Below are positions 1 through 62,350 of a DNA stretch of 64,000 bases, piece by piece. Source of the DNA: the human T2T-CHM13v2.0 reference genome, Homo sapiens; the NCBI RefSeq assembly GCF_009914755.1, contig NC_060933.1; one strand, given 5' to 3'. Below the pieces are notes generated by a model. That model saw only the letters and a program-made list of their open reading frames with translations. It was not told the origin of the DNA and searched no databases. Made by a program: the position numbers and the translations under genes. The stretch's first letter is position 1, and every line of letters starts with the position of its first letter.

Positions 1-440
1 TGCTTGTATACATGAGCAAGAATTTCACAAGTGTATATATACAATTAGGGTAGCAAATATACAAAGCTTTTAGATACTGCCAATTTGACCTCCAAAGTAT
101 TTGTACCAACTTACTTTCCAACCAACAATATATTCCACAGTTTCATTTTCTCTACATATTCACTAACCCTTTGAATGGTATTTCATTTTTTAATTTCATT
201 TTCCCTGAATACTAATAGAGTTTCCATTCAGATTTCTATTCTATGAGTTGGATATGATTAACATTTGTCCATTTTTTTCCTGGCTTGCTTTTATTTTCCT
301 CAGTGATTTATAGAACACATATATATTCTTGATAGTAATCCTTTACTGGTCATACTTGTTACAAATATCTTGTTCAAGTTTTTGGTGAGTCTCTTGACTT
401 TGCTTATGGTATCTTTTGTCACACAAAAAATTCCATTGCA
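1..440 (-). mobile_element. Old L1M fragment (resumes ~2350-2500)
   Basis: T-rich degenerate L1 3'-region text (tttgtaccaacttactttccaacc..., ggtgtgaggtagggatcta). Confidence 0.65.
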
Positions 441-443
441 CTC

Positions 444-2350
444 TGGTATCAAAGTTTGTGTTTCCCTAAAATTCCTATGTTGAAATCTAGTCACTAATGC
501 CATGCTGTTAGGAGCTGGGGCCTTTGGAAGGTAAGGACAAAGCAACAAGGCTCCATCTATGAACCAGGAAATGAGTCCCACCAGACATCAAATCTGCCAG
601 CACCTTAATTTCAGACTTTCCAGTCTCCAGAACTGTGAGAAATAAATTTCTGTTGCTTGTTAGCTACCTAGTATACAGTAATTTTTATAGTAGCCTGAAT
701 GGACTACAACAAAATTGGTACCAAGAAGTGGGGTGCTTTTATAACAAATACCTAAAAATGTTGAAGTAGCTCTTGGACCTGGCTGATAGAGGCTGGAAGT
801 GAGATTCACGGTAGAAAAAGCCTATGTTGGCATGAATGGACCATAAAGGGTAATTCTGGTGAGGGCTCAGAAGAGCTGTAGAGAAAGGCTGAATCTTCTT
901 AGAGAATACCTACATGATCATGAACAGAATGGTAAAGGCTATTCTGATAAGGTCTCAGATGGAGATGAGGAATACACTATTGGAAACTGGAAGAAAGGTG
1001 ATCCTTGTCATAAAGTGGCAAATAACTTGTCTGAATTATATTATTGGCCTAGTGTTTTTGTGGAAGGTAGAACTTATGAGTAATGAAATGGCATATTTGG
1101 CTGAATAAACTTCTAAACAAAGTGTTGAAGGTCTGGCTTAGATTCTCTTGAATGTTTATAGTAAAACGTGAGAAAGGGGAAATGAATAAAAGATGGATTT
1201 TTAATCAATAAGGAAGCAGAACTTAAAGATTTGGAAAATTCTCAGCCTGTGTATACTGTAAAAAGTGAGAAATGTGTTGGGAGCTAACACCAAGGGTGTG
1301 GCCAAATGACCCTTTGATAAGGAAATTAGTATGGATTGGCCAGGTGTTACTCATCAAGACAATAGAAGAATGACCCTGAAGGCATTTCAGATTGGGGCTG
1401 CCACTCACAGGCCCAAGTGCAAGGACCTGGGGGAGAGAATGATTTCAAAGGAGGGGTGATTGGCACCCCTGGGACCTTGGCACCCTCTGCCCAGCCCTGC
1501 CTCAAGGTTCTGCTTCCTGCACTTTGTCACCATGCTCCTCCACTGCCCCAGGTGTGGCTCTCGTGGCCCTGATTCAATATGCACTACACCCAGCAGAGCT
1601 ATAAGGGTCTGGCTCCCTCTACCTAAATTTCAAAGGATGACCTGGAGAGCCTGGAGCCCAGGCAGAAAGCAGCCATGAGGTGGGGCCACTGCAGGGAACC
1701 CACACTAGGGCAATTCCCAGTGGAGCCATGGGGGGCATGGCCACATTGAGACCAACAGTTAGAGCCACTGGCATATGATTATATCTGGGGAGAGCTGCAG
1801 GTTCAAGACCCAGGCAAGGAGCCACCATGGAGATGGGGCCTGCTCAAAGCCCCATTAAGAGAACTGCCATGGGAATGGGGCTCCTCAAAGCCATGAGGGC
1901 AAGGCCATGCCCCAGTGGGTTCAGAAAGGGGAACTTCAACCCCACTAGGACTGGCAGGAAGAGCCTCGAGTCAAAGAAGATTATTTTCAAGCTTTAAGGT
2001 TTTGAATTGCTCAGGAACCATTACCCTCTTCTGCCCTTAAATAAGCATCCTAACTAGTGGAATGAGTCACAGAACCTGGAAATAGACGTGTGACAAAGAT
2101 GGCATTACAAATGGAATGGAAATGTCTATCCTGTTCCTGTCCCACCATTGTGTTTGGAAGCACATAACATATTTGATTTCACAGGTTCACAGCTGGAGAT
2201 AATTTGCCCCATGATGAGTCATACCTTCAGTCTCACCTATATCTGATTTGAATTATATTTAGATGATACTTTGGACTTAGATTTTAAAGTTGATGCTGGA
2301 ATCAGGTAAAACTTTGGGGGCTACTGGGATGAATATACTTTTCATGTGAG
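444..2350 (+). mobile_element. MLT1A-type MaLR 5' LTR (444-~711) plus internal sequence; no 3' LTR
   Basis: LTR motifs ccagcaccttaatttcagactttccagtctccagaactgtgagaaataaatttctgttg; internal start aattggtaccaagaagtggggtgct. Confidence 0.8.
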
Positions 2351-4778
2351 ATGGAGTTTATTTTGTTTCACGGTGTGAGGTAGGGATCTAATCACATTTT
2401 TTTCCATATGGAAAACGAATTTTTCTCACATTATTTATTGAATAATTTATCATTTACATGCTGATTTTTAATGCCATCTTTGTCACACATCATTTCCAGG
2501 TTCTCTGACTCATTCCACTAGTTAGGTTGAAGGGCAGATTTCTAGGTTTCAACCCAAGATTCTAACGCAATCCACCTAGAATGGAGTCCATAAATCTGCA
2601 ATTTCCATAGTTCTGATGGATATTGGCCATAAACCTCACTTTAAGAAACATAATCCTTAGCTTTGGTAAACAAAAGAGAATGCCAGAGTCCAGGGAAGAT
2701 GATATTCTTTAATACAGGGTAGCCTCCCCTTTATAACCTGTTCTTTTTCCAAGTGGTACCTGAAACCTTAACATCCACTATTCAACAGCCCATTTCAATG
2801 CAACTTGACTCACAGAAGTCTGACCACAGAGAGAAGCTAAGCCCTCATTCCTTCTAAACTTAGAAACTCATACTAAGCAGGTGGGTATATCTAAGTAGCT
2901 AACTTCCCCATGGTAATTAACAGATTTAACTTTTCCCTTGAAGCAGGAGTCTACCTACCACACACACCAGTGTAACATTATTTTTGTAGCCCTCAGCAAG
3001 ATAATTACATTAGTACAACAAATGAACTCTCAGACTATGAGAGCAACACACACACACACATACACACAAAGTAACAAGGAGGGCAGAATTTGTTTAGAAA
3101 AATATTCTCTCACTGAAGCACACTCAGAAATTCAATGAATAGATAGAGTCCACTGGCTCTGACCTGCTAGTGGAAGAGCAGAGATGGTAGGAAAACTGAA
3201 AGAAAACCAAGGTAGAGTCACTGTTCTTCCTCCTCATTTTTTACTTCCAATGTTACCATTCTTTAAGTCTAAAACTGGCTACCTTTATGCTTCATATTAG
3301 CCACTTGTCTTCTGTAAACAGATAAAGTTAGCACCAAATAAAAAGAGCCTCTTGTGTTAGGTAGCAACAATAAAAATACTAAATTCTTAATTTAGAATCT
3401 GACTCTCCAAAATATCCAACACTTACACTTGTTATCGACTTTAAATCCAATTATTTTAGATAATATTACAGTAAATTATGACTGAAATCAACAAATTGAC
3501 TCATTTCAAGGAATGTGAAACAACAGCCAGAAAATTTAGATTATCAATATAATCTATATAATAAAATATAATCAATAATTATATTGATTATAAAATATAT
3601 TGATTATAAAATAAAATATAATCAATATAATAAAATCACACCTTCCCCTCACAAAAATAATTTTATGTTGGTAACTGACCCTCTTCCTGGGGTCAGTTCC
3701 TGGAAAAAACTGCACAGGAAGCCCCTAATCCTCATGATTCCTAATCCTGTTTATGTATCATCTATCCACTTGCATCTTTCCTTAACTTTTCTGGCATATG
3801 TTTTCAATATAGAGCTGCAACAAAGGAAAGCTATAATTAACAAATCTCTTCCTCTTAGCTATTAAAACAGGTGACTTACAGAAATGCAAGACATTACAAA
3901 AAGAAAGAATTTTCCAGTGCTCACAGAGCACAGCTTCCAGGAAGATGTTAGGATAAACATGCTTTCTTGTGGCCAGGACCCTGGGCCTGGAATCTGAGTA
4001 GATTATATGTTTCAGAGCCAGGTACTGTTTCTCATCTAGTATCTGTGTTCTGAGAACATTGCTTAAGCTGGAGGAAAATCACAGTATAATCCATGACCTT
4101 CCGGAAGGTAATCAGAAGGGATTCTACTCAAGTACAAATACTCATATCCTGTAGATGTACTGACTTCACTACCCAGTGACTAGTTCTCCAGGGTGTGAAT
4201 TTTCCAGATCTGTAACTTCCTCTACACACAGACGAAATCAGTCTCATATGGAGGTCGATATGCTGCTGGAGGGCAAAAGTCCTCTAAAAGCCAACAAATC
4301 AGATATGTCAACAAAAATTCCAGATACACATTACTTTTAGAACTATAAGGTGCCGTGGGCAGATATTTAAAATCACATTGTCTCCCAAGAGACAATTTGT
4401 TTTAGACATAAGGACTGACCTGATTTTGAAATACTTTAGCAAGGGCTGAGGATCCTGAGGGTTAGAAGAAAACATGTGAGCAGCAGTGGAGCATGAGTTA
4501 CGAAACAGTTCTGGGAATGTGGTCTTCCAGTATAACAAGGGCCACAGGAGTGGAACTTGGGCAGTTGGGAGGGGGCAGAGGTGTGACTAAGCAGAAATGG
4601 GGCACAGAAACACGGGAAGGTTTGTTGTCAAAGGCACTCATTTTCCAAGTCCTTCAACTCAGCTCAGCTTGTTATATGAACCTTAGCTCTAAACCATTTC
4701 ACTACATGTTAGCATTTTTTCCTACTTGATAGGAAGGAAAAGTGAAATTGTGTGTGGTTAAAAAACTGAGAGATAGTG

Positions 4779-5072
4779 GGCTGGGTGCGGTGGCTCACGC
4801 CTGTAATCCCAGCACTTTGAGAGGCCGAGGTGGGCAGATTACCTAAGGTCAGGAGTTCAAGACCAGCCTGGCCAACTAGAAACCCCGTCTCCAGTAAAAA
4901 TACAAAAATTAGCCGGGCGTGTAGCACATACCTGTAATCCCAGCTACTCAGGAGGCTGAGGCAGAAGAGTTACTTGAGCCTGAGAGACAGAGGTTGCAGT
5001 GAGCCGAGATCGTGCCACTGCACTCCAGCCTAGCCGACAGAGCGAGACTCTGTCTCAAAAAAAAAAAAAAAA
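4779..5072 (+). mobile_element. AluS
   Basis: full dimer, A-tail, TSD ctgagagatagt. Confidence 0.95.
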
Positions 5073-5456
5073 CCTGAGAGATAGTTAGAAATGAGATGCT
5101 TCTGATCCCTGTTAGTTTATGGTACAGAGGGGTTAGAATAGACAAATTATTAACTGAACTAAAGTTTCCTCTCACAAGAATGAAGAGCTAAAAACTATAC
5201 ATACTAGCAGCAGAACAGGGTAAAGCCACATGTTTTCCACGTTTGTTTGTTTGTTTTCCACATTTCATAGCTCCAGTCTGTACACAGCTGATTTGTTGAG
5301 TTATGGTGCTAGGGCAACTAAGAGCATGAATGCAAACCTCATGATGTTCAAACCAAGTCAGTAAATGGGTATTGCCTGGCCTGAGGTCTCATTTTCTAGA
5401 TACAAGTAACAGCAACAGAGTGTGTCGAAACTAGGGCAGGGTTTGCATCAGGTATC

Positions 5457-5650
5457 CTCAGTGGTTCCCGAAACTGGCATAATCTTAGAAGTTTGTTTTT
5501 TAAAAATCCACATTCCCTAATCCTTAACCCTCAAGACAACAACAACAAAAACACTACTAAATTAGAATTCACAGGAGTCTAGAAATCTAATTTTTTAGAA
5601 AACAAACCATCACGTGTTTCTGATGACCAGCCATGTTCAGGAGCCACAGC
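5457..5650. mobile_element. MER5-type hAT MITE
   Basis: cagtggttcccgaaact... termini, ttctgatg motif. Confidence 0.55.
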
Positions 5651-6972
5651 TGTTCTCATTTAATCCCCCCTGTAATTTCACAAAAGTTACTAATGGATCC
5701 ACTTTATAGATGAGAAACCTGAGGCTCAGGAGGAAGCTGCTCCTAGGACCACCGCTAAGTAGAGAGCCTTAGCGGAATCAAACCTAGATTGGTCAGCAAA
5801 ACATCCATACCTACAGCAAGTAACTGTATCAGACACTTTACCCTGACTCCACTTCACTTCCTCTAAGAACTATTTTACTTAAAAAACAACTGACTGCATG
5901 CACTCTTGAAAGAGTCAACAAGTTTTGTCATCTTTCTCTCCCATCGGAATTCTCTCATTCTCCTACCCATAGTGGGAGCTAAGGATGTTTCTTGCCTCCT
6001 AAGACTTGGAAGTTTTGCGTTCTCCCACATCAGAAACCTACCTGACCCAGGCGCTCCTCCCTCAGGAACTGGATGTTGACAATCAACATGGGCTGATGGG
6101 AGAAGGTGAACCTCCCACACCCACCCTCTTCCCTGGCAAGGGTCAATCTCATTATCCACTACTCAGCCACCTCCTGCAGCCCTCCATAAAGTTCATGCAT
6201 TAAAAGGTTTTTGCTTACAAAGCAAACTGCTTGTATGAAATGATTCATTCTACCTCACAAAAAAATACATCTGAAATTATCAATCAGAGCTTCAATAAAT
6301 GTAAAATTAGTAAAAAGGGTGGATAGTTTCATCAAAAAGCAAATAAACTTATGTTTTTGTTAGTCTGTGCAGCCTAATTGTGGCCAAATGTACATTTTCC
6401 TTCAAAATCCTTAAAATAATAAAACAAACTTGCAGAAAATAAAGAATGGCTGGGATTTCAGAGTAGGAATAACTGTAGCCAAAGGAATCATTGTAGTGGT
6501 ATTTCAGGCATCATGGCGGGAGGACTTAATCACGGGCTCCAAACCTTTGCCCCAGTAACAGCCACATACTCTGCCCAATATGAAATCTGCCCTAGTCAGA
6601 AAAAGTTCTAGGGAAGACTGTGTAGATAGAATCATTAAGGTTAAAAAAAATCAATTTTGTTCAGATGTGTTCTCTGTTGAAGGGAAAGAGGGAAAGGAAG
6701 AACAGCCTCACTACATGCTATGAGATGGTCAAACTTTAGTGTTCACAAGAAACATCTGGAAAGCTTGTTATAACATAATATTCCCAGCTTCACAACTCCT
6801 GGAAATGCCAGTTCTCCTGTCTGAGCTGGGGCTTGGGATCCTGCATTTTCATCAAGCACCTCAGGCGATTCTGATGCAGGTTTCTTCCTTAAGTTGCTAT
6901 TTAAAAAATTCTGACAATGTGGTAAGGTTCCAAGAACAGGACAATGAACGCTGGTCTACACTACACTGAGAT

Positions 6973-7266
6973 CAAAGGTTGGTAAACTTTTTCAGTAAAG
7001 GGCCTAACAGTACATATTTTTGGACTGACAGTCTCTGTAGCAACTACTCATTTCTACCCCTGCAGCAGGAATTGCCCACAGTTAATAAGTATACAAGAAT
7101 GAGCTTGGCTGTGTTCCAATAAGATTTGATTTATGGACACTGAAATTTAAATGTCATAGAATTTTCACCACATAAAATATTACTCTTCTTTTTCTTTCTT
7201 TTGTTATATTTAAAAACATAAAAATGATTCCTAGCTCAGAATTGCAGGCAGAGGTTTGCCAACTCG
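6973..7266 (+). mobile_element. MER58-type hAT MITE
   Basis: caaaggttggtaaactttttcagtaaagggcc...gtttgccaactc termini. Confidence 0.7.
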
Positions 7267-8857
7267 GATTTTTCAATTGTGATCATGAAGCCAGCTTTTC
7301 TATGGATGAACTTTAAAACTTAATTTTTCATATTTAGACTAATTATTTTGTCCCTCTTAGGAAAATTACAAAAACACATCTATAAAGATGTTTTCTGGTC
7401 CACCCTTTGCTGTATTTTCAGATATAACATGTTCACAGCTTGCTATGGCTGATAATTTTGGATGTCCTGTGGGGCACAGTTCCTCATTTAGAAATCACAG
7501 TTCAGTCAGACATTCTCTAAATTTACCACATAAAAATAAAAAGTGTGCGTGCCCTTATCCACAACACCAGGGCCTACTGAAGCATCCTTTTATTAGTTTT
7601 TTTCTCAAATTGAAGATAAATAAGGGAAAAACAAAAAAACCTTTTCTCTTCCAAATGACTCAAATGGTCTAGCAAGTCTGTGAACAGCATTTTGCCATTT
7701 GTGAGCAAGGAACCAGGAATGGAGTTCCTTTATTTTTTTTCCCTCCATGACCTTTTGTTGACAACTAGCTTAAATAGTGTCTGCTCACATTTCCAGCACA
7801 CTGGGTTATAACAGTAATAATGTAATCATAACTAACAGTAATGATACAAATCTGCTGCCCTATTAAAGGTCTTTACCTCCAGGGGAATTTCTCAGGTTAT
7901 TAAACATTGTTTAATAAGTATCTGGAAACCAAATAAGAATTCCAGAAGTAAGCTCCAACTCTGCATGATGAAATTAACAAACATTGTCATCATTGAATCT
8001 ATGTATTGTGTTTATCTACTAGGAACAACAGAAAAAAACACTTGAACTAACTAAGCTCATTCCTTCTTACTGAAATGCTTCTCAACCAGACACATCCAAA
8101 CATGACCTCATCTCTTAAGGAATGAAAACCTACTGTAGTTATCTAAAGCACTCAAGCCTCGATCTGTCACTTCATTACCTTCCCCTCCTCAAGACAAAGT
8201 AACCCACTTTAATGGCATGAGGATGTGTTGTCTCTTGATGAAGTTAGAGAACAGAGGAGTCATAAATCCTCTCTTCCCATCCCCGAGTCTAAACATCAGC
8301 TTAGAGGCTGCTTTGCAGTCATAGTCCATGAGATGGTGCGTCTGCCTTTCATCTTCTTGCCAGCACTCTCTTCCAGCCTCTGAAGATAATATATGGCATG
8401 CTGACTCAGGTGGAGAGGCAGGAATCACAGCAAAGACTTAAACCCTAGTCTGTGGATACATGAGAGCCCTCTGTGTTGCTCGTCAGCTGGCTGATTTGTG
8501 GACGACCACATTTTTGGAGCTCAACCAACTGCCTCACCTGATGGAAAATGCTTATGAACTTATAAATCACCTTTGAATATATTTTCTTGGTAGAAATAGA
8601 ACAGATTGCTAGCTCCCAATTCCCTGAAATGTATATATCAGTGTATAGAACCAATTTAATGATTTGAGAGGACTGAGGACTAAAAACTGTATTAAAAGCT
8701 TCTATTAAAAAGAGACAATAGAGAAATGCTTTGTTTAGGGCTGGGAGTTTTGTGAGTAATATAGGAAATGCAAATAAAAATAATAGGTAAATGCAATTTT
8801 GTTTTAGTCACAAAAAAATTACAGACTGGAGTTAAACAGTGGGCCTATTATATTAGT

Positions 8858-9047
8858 GCCGTGGTTCCGAAACCTGGCTGCATATTAGAATCATCCAGGG
8901 AGCTTTAAAAAAAATTCCAGTGCTCAGGCTGCACCCAACACCAATTAAATCTGAATCTGGGGGGAAGGGAGTAAAGTCCAGGCCTCTATATTTTTTTTTA
9001 AAGCTCCTCAGGTAATTCCAGTGTGCAGCCAAGATGGAGAACCTCTG
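8858..9047. mobile_element. MER5A hAT MITE
   Basis: gtggttccgaaacctggctgcatattagaatca...gcagccaagatggagaacctctg. Confidence 0.75.
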
Positions 9048-9206
9048 CCTTGGAGAATACAGTCCCTGCCCTTCTGAAGCTTACTCTTACAATATTTACT
9101 TGGTGGATTCTGTCCACCAAGTGTCTTCCTCACTTCCGTCAGTAACTTCTTTACAGCTGGAATCTGGAATTTTAAATTTATAGATAGAGATATAAATTCA
9201 CATACA

Positions 9207-9523
9207 GGCCAGGCGCGGTGGCTCATGCCTGTAATGCTAGCACTTTGGGAGGCCAAAGCAGGAGTATCACTTGAGGTCAGGAGTTCAAGACCAGCCTGGC
9301 CAACACGGTGAAACCCCACTTCTACTAAAAATACAAAAATTAGCAATGCATGGTGGCGGGTGCCTGTAATCCCAGCTACTTGGGAGGCTGAGGCAGGAGA
9401 ATCACTTGAACCTGGGAGGTGGAGGTTGCAGCGAGCTGAGACTGCATCACCTCACTCCAGCCTGGGTGACAGAGCGAGACTCCATCTCAAAAATAATAAC
9501 AATAATAATAAAATAAATAATAA
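9207..9523 (+). mobile_element. AluS just downstream of the CEMIP2 poly(A) site
   Basis: full dimer; 15-bp TSD ataaattcacataca at 9192-9206 and 9524-9538. Confidence 0.95.
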
Positions 9524-9567
9524 ATAAATTCACATACACACATATATAAAATACATGCACACATATT

Positions 9568-9573
9568 TTTATT
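9568..9573 (-). terminator. Polyadenylation signal AATAAA of CEMIP2
   Basis: TTTATT on + strand; GU/U-rich sequence follows on the gene strand (TGTGTATGTGAATTTATTT). Confidence 0.7.
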
Positions 9574-9697
9574 TAACTTAGGCCCTGATTATTAGTATAT
9601 AAAACAGAAAAACCAAGTGCCTTGGTAATTTACATATCTTCTCCAAATCTTTAAAGAACCAAGCTCTAAAAAACACACGTAAAGATATTTAAGTCAT

Positions 9698-9700
<3 letters not shown>

Positions 9701-9736
<36 letters not shown>
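9701..9736. repeat. (AC)18 microsatellite in the 3' UTR
   Basis: direct read. Confidence 0.95.
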
Positions 9737-9738
<2 letters not shown>

Positions 9739-11388
9739 AAACTTTAATGACCTTCAGGAACCATAATCCAATAATATATTTAATAGGTAAGATCTCATTC
9801 ATCAATATACAAAAAAAAAAAAACAAACCAGAAAACAAAAAACTAACTTTGATTAAGACATGTGCCCTTAGTAAGGGCACTTACAATTAGAAAGGTTTAT
9901 CGGTAGCACTTTGAGGTAGCATATTTTGTAAAGTCACAGGGCTGCTCTGCAGTTTCTCCTGGATACAAAGGTAGAGGCCATCAGCCTTTGCCCCTGGAAG
10001 AGGAAAGTGAAATTATCTGTACTCATTGCCAGTGTCAGCCTGAACACACTTTCTACCACCCACCCTTGGCCATCCCTCCTCTACACTTTATGCGTCGGGG
10101 GTTTAGAACAACGTAAAGGCATTTTGCTGCTTCTTTCCTCTTGGTACGGCAGCATCCCAGGCTGTGGAGCCAGTTGCCTCTTGCCGCATGTGATTCACCA
10201 GCAGGAGACGCATGCACCCTGTGGAAAGGGAAGCTGGGCATCACAGCATGCTTTTTAATTGGCTTTAACATTTCATTAAGTAAGAGTGACTCATTCCTGC
10301 AAGGCTTTAAAGAGGTTCATTTCTGAGTATTCTCTCCACGATTCTGACCCTAGAAAGCGCTCCTTTTTTTCCTCCCTGGGTGTAATCATTTTGGGGTATC
10401 ATTAAGCTTTCTGGGATTTTCCTGGCAGGAGGGTGAACAGAAAAGCTTTAAAAAATCCACACAAAACAATAACAAAAAACCCAAGTGCAAGAGCAATACC
10501 AAGAACAGACTTCCTTTGTGCAAGTTAAAATGATACAAGTTTACGGTTCAGGAAAACAACCTACTTCTTAAAACAAAACAAAACAAAACAAAAAAGGAAA
10601 TATTCAGTTGAGCTCTGCATTTTAAACACAAATATACAGTCAAAAGAGGCTAAGGATTAAAGCTGCAAAAATGGTCCCAACAGCCTCAGACTTTTGCTGC
10701 AGGAAAATTTTTTGCCCAATGGTCACAGATTAAAGGGATATCTAATCCCCAAGAGCCCTTTTGTCCCAATATACTTCCTGTTTGAAAGTTTAACCCTTAC
10801 AAGTAATTGATATATAAGTGAATAAAAATAGCACATGTCCAGGCAAAAAAGGGCATGAGCTGGGCCTGAGTTGCCACTTAAAACTGTCATTCAATATCAT
10901 AGAAAATCCTCAAAGGCTGCCCAGAAACAGGGCCCCAGGCACTGCTGAACATGCCAGCCACCAAGTCAACTGCCACCCGACCCAACTGAGCATTAAACTT
11001 CAAGTATCCAAGGTGCTACAATAGCTGGTCCTCTAAAGACCTCAGGCTGACTCTCAGAAGCCCCCACTCCACCCCACCCCATTATACAAAAAGTAAAAAC
11101 ATTGCTCATGGTCATTACAAAATACGGGGGTGGAAAGTGAGGAATAAGAGATCTGCTCTCTGAATACACCAGCCTTACAAATACAAACAACGTCTTTAAC
11201 ATTTTGTACAACTAGAAGGTGCATGAAGCTGGTATCCAAGCAATAATTTCAAACGCTTTCTTTTCTCCCCATTCTGTATCAAACTGGAAAATGGTTCCGT
11301 TGGGTTAACAGTGTCATTTTAAAATGCCATAAATTAAATAAGTTAGTTCACATTTTTTTTCCCCCAGCACTTAAGTTACAGTTAGTCT

Positions 11389-61231
<49,843 letters not shown>

Positions 61232-61753
61232 CTGAAAGAGAAACGCCTAAACCAAAAAAAAAAAAGAAAAAGAAAGTGATACATTAACAGTATTTTTTTC
61301 TCTCTAAAATGAACCCTCACACTGATTCACAAATCAAAAGTTAAGATAACCACGATTCAGCAAATTTTTACGCATGCTACCATGTATTAGTCACTCTACA
61401 GATATAAGTAATAAAAATATGAAAACAGAGAGATCCCTGCCTTCAAGGGGTGAGTGCCCCATGTACCTCTAGCCATGAAGGAACACAAGATGTCACCTTA
61501 GTAAACCATTATTTTATACTTTTGAAGAAGGCTCTAGATCCCCAAATCTCTTGCTATATTTAACTCAGTGCAACAACTGTTATACTGACCCCAAACCATC
61601 CTAATATGTGACAAGTACATATATTCCAGCAGAAGTTGTCAAGCAGAGGATAGGTCTGTAATAAATACCCAGTGCTTCAAGTTGATCCAAGCACAGAAAA
61701 ATGGATAGAACATTAGCACACTAACAATCTTAATATTAAGAATAAGAATTTGT

Positions 61754-62350
61754 GGGCCAGGCGTGGTGGTTCACACCTGTAATCCCAGCACTTCAGGAGG
61801 CCAAGGCAGGGGGATCACTTGAGCTCAGCAGTTCGAGACCAGCCTGGGCAACATAGTGAGACCCCTGTCCCTACAAAAAAACATTGGCCAGGTATGGTGG
61901 TGTGTGCCTACATCCCCAGCTCCTTGGGCAGCTGAGGTGGGAGGACTGCTTGAGCCAGGAAGGTTAAGGCTGCAGTGAGCTATGATCGGGCCACCACATT
62001 CCAGCCTATGAGACACAGCAAGACCCTGTCTCAAAAATAATACATAAAATAACAATTTGTGGCTGGGCACAGTGGCTCACGCCTATAATCTCAACACTTT
62101 GGGAGGCCGATGCCAGAGGATCACTTGAGCCCAGGAGTTCAAGACTAGCTTGAGCAACAGAGCGAGGCCCCATCTCTAGAAAATATTTTTAGAAGTAGCT
62201 GGGCATGGTGGCACACGCTTGTGGTCCCAGCTACTTGGGAGTCTGAGGTGGGAGGATCACTTGAGCACAGGAGTTTGAGGCTGCAGTGAGCCACGACTGT
62301 GCCACTGCACTCCATCCTAGGCAACAAAGCAAGATCCTCTCTCAAAAAAA
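61754..62350 (+). mobile_element. Two tandem AluJ (61754-62038, 62062-62350)
   Basis: Alu text; aataa(g/c)aatttgtgg precedes each. Confidence 0.9.

Larger units (their letters stand above)
9550..11388 (-). other. CEMIP2: CEMIP2 3' UTR (~1.8 kb; end approximate)
   Basis: region free of interspersed repeats from the stop codon to the first canonical AATAAA I found on the gene strand. Confidence 0.75.

Noticed and set aside
859-1828. ORFs of 61-74 aa in the first 2 kb
   Set aside because: They lie in decayed MLT1 internal sequence; short and multiply interrupted, with no intact gene
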